Of a DNA stretch of 49,106 bases, positions 1 through 8,090 are shown in pieces. The position numbers and the translations under genes were made by a program. The notes beneath the pieces were generated by a model, which searched no databases, had not been told where the DNA came from, and saw only the letters and a list, made by a program, of their open reading frames with translations. Source of the DNA: Planctomycetota bacterium. GTDB lineage: Bacteria; Planctomycetota; UBA11346. The stretch spans positions 1 to 49,106 of the forward strand of contig JBBQSO010000038.1 in NCBI GenBank assembly GCA_038213805.1, written 5' to 3'. The stretch's first letter is position 1. Each line of letters starts with the position of its first letter.

Positions 1-365
1 GGGCTTCGCCCCCAAACCCCCACGGGCTTTGTCGTGGCTCGTTTTCGCCGGAGCCGGCGAAAACGTGTGCGGATGGGCTCCGCCCATTGTATCCGCCCAC
101 CGCCCCTCGGCGCCCGGTCGCTTACGCTCCGGTTCGAGGAGCGGCCGGTGGCTTCGCCACGGCTTGAGAGTGGGCAGTGCCCCATGTCCAAAACGCGTGA
201 CCATTCACATAACGTTCATGCCCGGGGGCCCCATCGCTTCGCGATGGGGCGGGCGCCGAGGGGCGGTCGGCGGATATAATCGGCGCAGCCGATCCGCCGA
301 CGATGTCGCAGCGCAGCGGAGACATCGAGCCCGACAAAGCCCGTGGGGGTTTGGGGGCAAAGCCC
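1..365. repeat. REP/REPIN- or MITE-like foldback element with nested inverted repeats (left end may be cut by the window)
   Basis: 1-41 is a near-perfect reverse complement of 326-365. 86-116 pairs with 250-280 (29/31). Internal small hairpins include ccccatcgc-ttc-gcgatgggg (229-249). Confidence 0.75.
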
Positions 366-372
366 CCGACTT

Positions 373-993
373 TCAGACAGTCTTGGCGCCGGCCAGGTCC
401 TCGTCGGACGCGCGCGGCTCCTCGCCGGGGCGATGGCGTCGGTGCATGATGAACTCGGTGATCGCCAACATCACCACTGACACCAGGAACACCAGATGCA
501 GGACGATCTGCCACTTCATCTGCTCGTGCTTCTGGTCCATCTGCGCGGCGGTGACGATCGAATCCCCGACCGCGACGTCGCCCACGCTGAGCGATCCGAT
601 CTGGATGAAGGACTGCAGGAGCTGGATGCTCGAGATGCCGATCAGCGATCCGGCGAGCTTGATCTTGATCGAGCCCGGATCGATGTGATCGAGCCAGTCG
701 GGACGGTCAGCGTTGTCGACCAGGTCGAGCTTGCTGACGAACGTGGCATACCCGCCGATGACCACCATGATGATCAGGTTGGCCACCATCACGAAGTCGA
801 TCAGTTCGAGGACGCCGCCGAGGAAGAGTTTGCCGTCCCAGGTGCTGGTGTGCTGGATCAGGTGCCACAGCTCGACCATGAATTTGCAGGTGTATGCGAC
901 CTGCGCGATGATCAGCCCGACGTAGAGGGGGGCCTGGAGCCAGCGGCTCCAGAACACCATGGACTCGATCCCTTGCTCCACCCGCTTGAGCAT
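373..993 (-). CDS. yqhA: YqhA/UPF0114 (TIGR00645) family membrane protein
   Basis: Motifs SRWLQAPLYVGL, VLELIDFVMVANLIIMVVIGGY, KIKLAGSLIGISSIQLL, WQIVLH; start taken at MLKRVEQ. Confidence 0.88.
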   Translation of the reverse strand: MLKRVEQGIESMVFWSRWLQAPLYVGLIIAQVAYTCKFMVELWHLIQHTSTWDGKLFLGGVLELIDFVMVANLIIMVVIGGYATFVSKLDLVDNADRPDWLDHIDPGSIKIKLAGSLIGISSIQLLQSFIQIGSLSVGDVAVGDSIVTAAQMDQKHEQMKWQIVLHLVFLVSVVMLAITEFIMHRRHRPGEEPRASDEDLAGAKTV

Positions 994-1061
994 GCGCCCT
1001 CCCGTCCGAGGCCGCAGTAGATGGCCGGCGGCAAGCAGGGGAAGGCCGCTCATGGCTCATC

Positions 1062-1607
1062 TCAGCCCATGCGGAATACCACCACCGAGATCGCGGTGGC
1101 GACGCCTTCGCCGGGATTCTCGTAGATGTGGCGGCGATGGCCCGGGAACTGCACCAGGCATCCCGCTGGCAGCTCCACCGCTTCCTCCTCGATGCGCACG
1201 ATAGCGGTGCCGGTCATGGTGATGAAGAACTCCTGCGCGCCGAGGGGATGCGGCCTGCCGACCGAGCGGCAGCCGGGCTGCATGGTGACCTGGTGCATGT
1301 GCACGCCCTTGGACGCGATCGGCGATACCAGGCGCGCGACGAAGCGGCCGCCCTCGGCGCGGTACTCCTGCATCTCCTTCGGGGTCACCTTGTAGTGGCG
1401 GTGCTCGGGCGCCGGCGACAGCAGCTCGTCGAGGCTCACCGCCAGCGCTTTGGCCACGGCGACAGCCGTTTGCACGCCGGGATTGCTGCCAGGCTGCTCC
1501 ATGTTCGCGAGCGTTGCGCGTGGCAGCCCGCACAACTCGGCGAGTTCGGCCTGGGTGAGTTTGGCCTGCTTGCGTAGACGGCGCAAGTTGTCGGCGAGGG
1601 CGTCCAT
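1062..1607 (-). CDS. XRE-family HTH regulator with C-terminal cupin domain
   Basis: LADNLRRLRKQAKLTQAELA...NP...VAKALAVSLDELL HTH; cupin HPLGAQEF...HRRHIYEN; GGAGG RBS before ATG 1607. Confidence 0.9.
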   Translation of the reverse strand: MDALADNLRRLRKQAKLTQAELAELCGLPRATLANMEQPGSNPGVQTAVAVAKALAVSLDELLSPAPEHRHYKVTPKEMQEYRAEGGRFVARLVSPIASKGVHMHQVTMQPGCRSVGRPHPLGAQEFFITMTGTAIVRIEEEAVELPAGCLVQFPGHRRHIYENPGEGVATAISVVVFRMG

Positions 1608-1617
1608 GGTGTTCCTC

Positions 1618-1650
1618 CGGAATGACGCCGGCGGTGCCGATGTCATTCCG
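1618..1650. promoter_or_regulatory. Imperfect palindrome between the divergent XRE gene and sodB (candidate operator or RNA hairpin)
   Basis: cggaatgac (1618-1626) and gtcattccg (1642-1650) are perfect arms, with an inner cggc/gccg pair; it abuts the XRE RBS. Confidence 0.4.
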
Positions 1651-1778
1651 AATCTCTGGAAGAATTCCCATATACCAGCAAAAGACGTCGCGATTCCCGC
1701 ATGCTGGGCTTGTGGAGCGGTCTCCGCGCGCCTAGCCTGCGCTCCACCGCCGACGGCGGCAACCTCAGGAGAACGACC

Positions 1779-2369
1779 ATGGCCTTCACCCTTCCCCCGC
1801 TCCCGTACGACAAGGGCGCGCTCGCCCCGCACCTGACCGCGGAGACCCTCGAGTTCCATCACGGCAAGCACCACAACGCCTACGTCGTCAACCTCAACAA
1901 GCTGATCGACGAGAAGAAGGCCGATGGCTCGAAGAGCCTCGAGGACCTGATCAAGACGTCCGAAGGCCCGGTGTTCAACAACGCCGCGCAGATCTGGAAC
2001 CACACCTTCTTCTGGAACTCGATGAAGCCTAAGGGCGGCGGCGAGCCGACCGGCGACATCGCGGCGAGGATCACCAGCGACTTCGGCTCGTTCGCGAAGT
2101 TCAAGGAGGAGTTCACCGCAGCCGCCACCACCCAGTTCGGTTCGGGCTGGGCCTGGCTGGTATCCGAGGGCGGCAAGCTCAAGGTCACCAAGACCGCGAA
2201 TGCCGACCTGCCGATGAAGCACAATCAGACCGCGCTCCTGACCATCGACGTGTGGGAGCACGCCTACTACATCGACTACCGCAATCTGCGCCCGAAGTGG
2301 ATCGAGGTCTTCCTCGGCAACCTGGCCAATTGGGACTTCGCGAACCAGAACCTCGCCAAGGCCAAGTAG
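1779..2369 (+). CDS. sodB: Superoxide dismutase, Fe-type
   Basis: HHGKHH, FNNAAQIWNHTFFW, FGSGWAWL, DVWEHAYY; AAQ and NAD residues indicate Fe rather than Mn specificity; AGGAG RBS. Confidence 0.95.
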   Translation: MAFTLPPLPYDKGALAPHLTAETLEFHHGKHHNAYVVNLNKLIDEKKADGSKSLEDLIKTSEGPVFNNAAQIWNHTFFWNSMKPKGGGEPTGDIAARITSDFGSFAKFKEEFTAAATTQFGSGWAWLVSEGGKLKVTKTANADLPMKHNQTALLTIDVWEHAYYIDYRNLRPKWIEVFLGNLANWDFANQNLAKAK

Positions 2370-2376
2370 CCGCGGG

Positions 2377-2411
2377 TGATGCCCTGGCCGCCGGCTGCGG
2401 CCAGGGCATCA
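2377..2411. terminator. GC-rich hairpin between convergent sodB and TerC genes
   Basis: Perfect 15-bp stem tgatgccctggccgc/gcggccagggcatca with a 5-nt loop; no U-tract. Confidence 0.6.
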
Positions 2412-2478
2412 TCGATTGTCTGCGTCGGACATCGATCGATTCATCGAGTGATTCATCAGAGAAGACCGGCCGCGCGCC

Positions 2479-3534
2479 TCACGGCGCGGAGCCGGTCTCA
2501 TCGTTGGCCCCCGTCCGGATCCGCCGAGCTGGTCTGATGAAGCCGACGGCGAACACCGTCATGACCAGCAGGCTCGAGAACCAACTCTCGAAGTCGAGGA
2601 ACGGCCGATAGTGCAAGTTCCAGTCCGAGAGCGCCTCGTTGTAGGCACGCCGCGCCTGGTGCTCGGCGCGCAGCTGGATCTCGGCGGGCGGATCGCCCGC
2701 GCCTGGTTGGGCGTCGCTGCCACTGCCACTGCCACTGTCGATGCCGCGCGCGCTCTCGCGGCGCAGCCACTCGTCGCGCATGATCGCCAGCGACGGCTGC
2801 TCGGGGGCGACGATGTTGACCACCAACACGCTTCCGATCGCCAGGGGGCGGTGGATGAAGGCTTCGACGGCGGCGCGGTATTCGCCGGCGGTAGCGTAGA
2901 TCGTCCCGACCGGAAGGGGGCGGGATGGGCGCAGCACGTCGATCGGCAGCTCCAGGAGCAACTGCAACCCGATCACCCCGATCGCCACGAAGGCCGCGGC
3001 CTCGAGGCGCGGGAAGCGTTCGAGCAGCCGGACCACTCCCTGGGCCGCATAGCGCATGACCACGATGCCGATGGTGCTGCCCAGGATCAGGATCCACAGC
3101 TTGTCGGACAGTGCGATCGACGCGGCGATCGAGTCCACCGAGAATGCCACGTCGGCGATCTCGACGGCCACCACCGTGCTCCAGAAGGCGTTCAGTCCGA
3201 ACAGTTTCCTGACCGGCCGTGTCTGGTCGGTCTGCGGGCGCAGGAAGTGCGCGATAGCCAGATACAGGAGGTACGCGCCGCCAGCGACCTTCAGGTACCA
3301 GATGCCCATGATCCAGGTGGCCAGCACCAGCGCGGCGATGCGGAAGGCGTAGGCACCGATGATCCCGTAGCCCAGCGCCTTCGTTTGCAGCTCGCGGGGG
3401 AGCTCGCGCACCAGCAGCGCCATCACCACTGCGTTGTCGCACGACAGCAGGCAACTGATCACGATCACGGCGCCCACCACCACCAGATCCGCGGGGCTGG
3501 AGTGATCGAGCTGCAGGTATCCGGTGATATCCAT
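2479..3534 (-). CDS. TerC-family membrane protein with a long soluble insertion
   Basis: LLSCDNAVVMA, AYAFR, GGAYLLYLA, EIADVAFSVDSI, RFPRLE motifs. Confidence 0.88.
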   Translation of the reverse strand: MDITGYLQLDHSSPADLVVVGAVIVISCLLSCDNAVVMALLVRELPRELQTKALGYGIIGAYAFRIAALVLATWIMGIWYLKVAGGAYLLYLAIAHFLRPQTDQTRPVRKLFGLNAFWSTVVAVEIADVAFSVDSIAASIALSDKLWILILGSTIGIVVMRYAAQGVVRLLERFPRLEAAAFVAIGVIGLQLLLELPIDVLRPSRPLPVGTIYATAGEYRAAVEAFIHRPLAIGSVLVVNIVAPEQPSLAIMRDEWLRRESARGIDSGSGSGSDAQPGAGDPPAEIQLRAEHQARRAYNEALSDWNLHYRPFLDFESWFSSLLVMTVFAVGFIRPARRIRTGANDETGSAP

Positions 3535-3646
3535 GCGCCTGCACCCTCGCCTCGCGCGCCATGCTGGTCAAGCACGCCTGGCTCGACCATGCATGGACCA
3601 TGCGTGGCAGTGGCGGCAGGACGGCCCTGCCGTATCCTGCCGCGCC

Positions 3647-4999
3647 ATGGAGCCGCCCGGTGAAGCGATGGTGCGACGGACGGTGCCGCTCGGCGGTGCC
3701 GGCGTGATGCCCGCCGAGCCCGCGGCGGACTTCTCTGATCGCATTTCGGCGCTGCCCTGGTCATCGCCCCGTCGCATCGGCCTGTTGCTACTGCAGGTGG
3801 GGTCGGCCGCGGCGCTGGCGACGGTGCCGCTGCCGATCGCGGCCTGCAACATCTGCCTCGGGGTCGCCGCCGTCGGCGCGCTCATGTGCCGGCCGCCGCT
3901 CCTGCGCCTGCCGGGCTTCGCGTGGGGACTGGCTTTCAGCACCTGGATCGCGGTGAGTGTTCTCACCACCGTCCTCAGCAATGCACATCCCGACCCGATC
4001 CATGGCTATGGCCTGATGTACACCTGGATGGCGCTCTACCTGGGCATGGTGGCCTTCGCCGACCGGCGCGTCCTGGGCTACGCCGTGGTGGGATTCATCG
4101 TCATCATCACGGCGTCGTGCCTGCTCGCCTGCCTGCAGTTCGTCATCGGCTTCGACATCACCAAGGCGCCGCTGCGCATCGATCCCACCAAGCCGCGTTT
4201 CGCCGATGGCCAGGGATTCCAAGGGCTGCGGCTCACCCAGGGCTTCCTGATGTGCGTCGCCCTGCTGTGCCTGCAAGCACCGCTACCGCTGCCACGACTG
4301 ATGCCGCGCTGGGCGCGCGTGGCCGCGACACTCGCGAGCGGCGTGGCCCTGGTACTCAGCCGGGCCCGGCTCGCGTACATCGGCGCGGTGGTAGGCATCT
4401 TCACCTGGTTGGCGATGCGCGGCCGACGCTCGCTGCTGCGGGCGAGCGTCGTCGGGCTGCTCGTCGGCGGCGCGCTGCTGCTGGCGATGTGGTCGATCCA
4501 GCCCGCGAAGTTCCACGCCATGCTGCGCGGCGATGATCAACGCTGGTCGATCTGGCGCACCTCGGCTGCGATCATCGAGGCGCACCCCCTGGTCGGATCC
4601 GGCGGCCCAGAAGCCTACAAGGATCTGTATCGCGAATACTACCCTCGCGTCGTTCCCGACCTGCCCAACGGCTTCGACGACGGCGCCTCGCCGCACGCAC
4701 ATAACAGTTTCCTGTCGATCGCCGCCGAGCACGGCCTGCCAGCGCTCGCGCTCTATCTGGCACTGCTCTGGAGCCTGGCGTGGTGGGCGTTCCGCCGCCG
4801 CGGGCAGGGCCGCGAGCGCGCCCGCCTGGCGAGCGCCCTCATCGCCTCGGCGATCGCGGCGGGCATGTTCGAGAACCTCGCGGGGCATTCGACGCCGGCG
4901 TACGCGCTGTTCCTCGGGCTCGCGGTGGCGTTCAGCGTGCGCGATGAACCGGGAGCGCCCGGAATCCAACGTGAGCATCAAGCCACCGTGCCTGGATGA
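3647..4999 (+). CDS. O-antigen ligase (Wzy_C/WaaL) family membrane protein
   Basis: About 10-12 hydrophobic segments; SRAR, R..IW......I..HPLVGSG and HAHNSFL....EHG motifs. Start uncertain (3647-3707). Confidence 0.85.
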   Translation: MEPPGEAMVRRTVPLGGAGVMPAEPAADFSDRISALPWSSPRRIGLLLLQVGSAAALATVPLPIAACNICLGVAAVGALMCRPPLLRLPGFAWGLAFSTWIAVSVLTTVLSNAHPDPIHGYGLMYTWMALYLGMVAFADRRVLGYAVVGFIVIITASCLLACLQFVIGFDITKAPLRIDPTKPRFADGQGFQGLRLTQGFLMCVALLCLQAPLPLPRLMPRWARVAATLASGVALVLSRARLAYIGAVVGIFTWLAMRGRRSLLRASVVGLLVGGALLLAMWSIQPAKFHAMLRGDDQRWSIWRTSAAIIEAHPLVGSGGPEAYKDLYREYYPRVVPDLPNGFDDGASPHAHNSFLSIAAEHGLPALALYLALLWSLAWWAFRRRGQGRERARLASALIASAIAAGMFENLAGHSTPAYALFLGLAVAFSVRDEPGAPGIQREHQATVPG

Positions 5000-5073
5000 G
5001 CACGTCGAACTGATCTGTACGCGCCAGGAGCCCTTCACGGAGCTCCCTTCATGGAGACAAGGTCCAGGCGCGA

Positions 5074-5694
5074 TCAGAGCAGATCGGCGATGCGACGGAA
5101 TTCGGGCTCCTCGGGGTCGGGGGTGTACGCGGCATCCACGATGCGGCGCGACGACCGGGTTCTCAGCGACTGCGAGAAGGCGCACGTCAAGCGTAGCGAG
5201 GCGCGACGCCGCGCGAGCGGACAGTCAAGCCGATCGCTTGGCGGCTTGCGAGGTCCGCGATTCATCCAAGCCGACAATTTGTGGGCCATGCGCAGAAAGT
5301 CGTCGTAGTGGTCCGGCTTCTGCAGGTAGCCGTCGGCGCCAAGTCGTTCGGACTTGCTCACGTCGCCAGCGAGCTCCGACGAGCTGAGCATGAAGACCGG
5401 GATCATCAGCAACTGGTGGGTGCTGCGCACGTGCATGAGGACGGCGAATCCGTCAGTCCCGGGCATATTGATGTCGAGGATGATCAGGGCAGGGGCGGCC
5501 GCTTCGCCAGCCCCGACGTGCTGGAGGTAGCGTATCGCCTCCGCTCCGCCGCAAGCCGACTGAAGTGAGATCCGGCCGGCGATATCCTTCATCGCCTCGG
5601 CCATCAGGGCGAGGTCGCCGGGATTGTCGTCCACCAGCAGGACCAGGTCGTTCACCGGTGCGAGGACTTCATCAAGGCTGTCGCTGGCGATCAC
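5074..5694 (-). CDS. Single-domain response regulator (Rcp1-like receiver) with C-terminal extension
   Basis: LLVDDNPGD, IILDINMPGTDG, LSSS, GADGYLQKP. Confidence 0.85.
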   Translation of the reverse strand: MIASDSLDEVLAPVNDLVLLVDDNPGDLALMAEAMKDIAGRISLQSACGGAEAIRYLQHVGAGEAAAPALIILDINMPGTDGFAVLMHVRSTHQLLMIPVFMLSSSELAGDVSKSERLGADGYLQKPDHYDDFLRMAHKLSAWMNRGPRKPPSDRLDCPLARRRASLRLTCAFSQSLRTRSSRRIVDAAYTPDPEEPEFRRIADLL

Positions 5695-6011
5695 ACGGGA
5701 CCGTATGCACTGGCCTCACGAATCGTTCCTGCCGAATCGCCACCATTGGACAGCGCCAACTCATGCTCTGTGACGACAGAGCCGCGTAGCGAGTGCGCGA
5801 AGCGGAAAGTCCAGGGCGATGAGCCGACTGCCGCATCTGCAACCAAGGGTATCCCGTGACGATCCGGTGTCGGATTTCCATGTCAGAGGCCGTCCTGGCC
5901 CGACTGGTTGGCGAGAAGGCTCGTGTCAGGTCTGACGGGAGAGGCGAACGGATGTCTCGCATCCAGATAGCGTGGAGTATCTCGCATTCCTCGCCACCCA
6001 TGGACGTTCAC

Positions 6012-6833
6012 ATGCTCCGCTCCCCTGTTTCACCTTCCCTCCTCGCCATCGCTGCGGTCTTCTGCGCCGCATTCGCCAGCTCCGGGTGCGTCCGCGACGA
6101 GGATCCAGGCGAGTCGAGGCCTACCGATCGCCCTCACACGTCCGATGCGGCCCCGGTCACTGCGCCCCGAGCCTCCGGAGACGCGGCAGCTGCCTCGTCT
6201 ACCGCCGATCCGCACGCCGATCCGCACGCCGATAAACGCGCCGACGAAAGCACCGACCCGGCCACTGCTGCGGCTCCCGATTCCGGCGTTGCCCAGGCCA
6301 AGCCGGTCTCGTTCCGGATCCAGGAGCCCTGGGCGTCACATGGCGCCAATGTCCGCGCGAGCCTCGCCTTCGACCAGCCCACCGTGCAGCAGCCTGGGGC
6401 CACAGCCGCCGACACGCCCACAACGGTATATGCCGGACCAAAGGATTTCGGGAAGCTCGTCATCTACCTGCATTGCACGTTCGATACCCACGCCACGGAT
6501 GCGCCCGCCGATGCGACCCACGGCCCCTTGGCGCAGCTGGAGTCCGTCCAGGTGTTCAGCGGCAACGGCGTCACCCCGATCGCCGTGTTCACCCGCGAGC
6601 AGATGACCTACTCGGTGAACAACCAGGCGGGCATCGAACGAGATGGCCGCGGCGCCGTGGTCTCGACCATTGAGCACGTGCGCATCCCGTTCTGGGAACA
6701 TGGCGCCCTGGTTCGCGATCACCATCCCTACGCATTCACCGTCGTCGCCCTCGACCACGACGGCAGGACCATGGCCGCCGAGGAGGTGAAGGGCGACGAA
6801 GCCGTCGATCCGATAACCCCGTGGCAGAGATGA
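6012..6833 (+). CDS. Putative lipoprotein, function unknown
   Basis: Signal peptide with lipobox ASSG-C, Ala/Pro/Asp-rich linker, then a globular domain; start could be 6000. Confidence 0.65.
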   Translation: MLRSPVSPSLLAIAAVFCAAFASSGCVRDEDPGESRPTDRPHTSDAAPVTAPRASGDAAAASSTADPHADPHADKRADESTDPATAAAPDSGVAQAKPVSFRIQEPWASHGANVRASLAFDQPTVQQPGATAADTPTTVYAGPKDFGKLVIYLHCTFDTHATDAPADATHGPLAQLESVQVFSGNGVTPIAVFTREQMTYSVNNQAGIERDGRGAVVSTIEHVRIPFWEHGALVRDHHPYAFTVVALDHDGRTMAAEEVKGDEAVDPITPWQR

Positions 6834-6968
6834 GGGCGAAGCGGAAGGGGACGATGGCTCGAGGGCCGCGTCGGCGGTGGTCGCTGCACTGCGGCATCGC
6901 CATGCCAGCAATCCTGGCGAAGGGTGCGGCAGGTCAGCAGGCTGCGCGCAGCGCAAGCGCGCTGACGG

Positions 6969-8090
6969 TCAATGCGCGAAGGTGCGCACCAGGGTGTACG
7001 ATTGGCCGAGCCGCACCGGAGCGTTGCGGAGGTGCGTCGTCATGGTGCTGCGGCGGGCGCCGCGCATGGCAGGGTCGACCTGGAGCACGCCGCCGACGTA
7101 GTCGCGGTACTGCACCCATTCGTCATCGATGCGCACCATGGCGCCGGGCACCGTGGGCACGCCCTGCACGCCGGCGATCCTGATGTTGGGATTCTGGTCC
7201 TCGATCACGTAGCCGCTCGGGCCATAGCGGCCCGAGGCGAGCGTGACCGAGAAGCGCACGGCCATCGGGAAGGGATCGGGCACGAAGCCCGGCACCGTCT
7301 CGGTGCAGTAGTCGGCTCCCGCGAGAGTCGGCGCGATCTCGATGTTTGCCGTGTCCTTCAGCCAATTGTCGGTGGTCCCGGTGGGGTTCATCGGCTGGCG
7401 GCGGCTGTTGGCGTTGGAGACCCACACGCTGAAATGCAGGCAGTTGCGCGCGATGATCACCGGCTTCGCGCGCAGCAGGCAGTTCGGGAGGGGTACGGGG
7501 GCGGTGGCGCTGACGCCGGACGGATCCTGGAGGGCGAGGTAGCGGTTGACCACGTCGACATTCAGGACGGTCGGCGGGAGCGGCGGATCTCCGGGACCCG
7601 GTTCGTCGTCCTCGCTGGCGATCGGCGAGAGCGCGCGGTAGAGCTGCTCCTCGCGGTGCGGCGAGCCGTCGACCCCGTTGATGACGACGGTGGTCACCCA
7701 GTAGACCGCCAGCTTGCGGGCTTTTTCCCCTGAGATGGTGATCGCGTCCGGATCCGGATCGGTGATCAGGAAGGCAACCGCGCAATTGCCATTGGGAGGA
7801 GTCGCAGCCGGCGGCACCGTGCCGGAGAACAAGCGGCAGCAGAAGAAACCGCCCGCTTTCTCGGGCACCATGCGCTTGAGATCGTCGTCGATGATGCCCA
7901 GGGCCGAGATCGCCTCGTCGGTGGACGCGCGCCCGTATTCCCCGGCACGGAAGACATTGGTCGAGGTCAGCAGGATGGTGACCATCGCCAGCGAGACGAT
8001 GGTGAAGATCAGGATCGAGACCAGGATCTCGGCCAGGGTGAAGCCCGCGCGCGACGAGGCGCGCACCGGATGGGTCAGCAGGCGGGTCAT
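6969..8090 (-). CDS. Prepilin-type N-methyl protein, GspJ/PilW-like minor pseudopilin
   Basis: RAG|FTLAEILVSILIF class III signal; ATGA overlap with the upstream gene. Confidence 0.85.
   Translation of the reverse strand: MTRLLTHPVRASSRAGFTLAEILVSILIFTIVSLAMVTILLTSTNVFRAGEYGRASTDEAISALGIIDDDLKRMVPEKAGGFFCCRLFSGTVPPAATPPNGNCAVAFLITDPDPDAITISGEKARKLAVYWVTTVVINGVDGSPHREEQLYRALSPIASEDDEPGPGDPPLPPTVLNVDVVNRYLALQDPSGVSATAPVPLPNCLLRAKPVIIARNCLHFSVWVSNANSRRQPMNPTGTTDNWLKDTANIEIAPTLAGADYCTETVPGFVPDPFPMAVRFSVTLASGRYGPSGYVIEDQNPNIRIAGVQGVPTVPGAMVRIDDEWVQYRDYVGGVLQVDPAMRGARRSTMTTHLRNAPVRLGQSYTLVRTFAH

Noticed and set aside
1608..2261. N-terminal extension of the XRE ORF to 399 aa
   Set aside because: Antisense to sodB; the true start with an RBS is at 1607.
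3535..3646. yybP-ykoY Mn riboswitch upstream of TerC
   Set aside because: Consensus elements such as GGGGAGUA and CGUCAAUAC are absent.
5800..5820. GGAAAGTCC resembling the RNase P RNA 5' motif
   Set aside because: No matching 3' motif at the right distance; the CGGCTTA near 23161 has no partner either.
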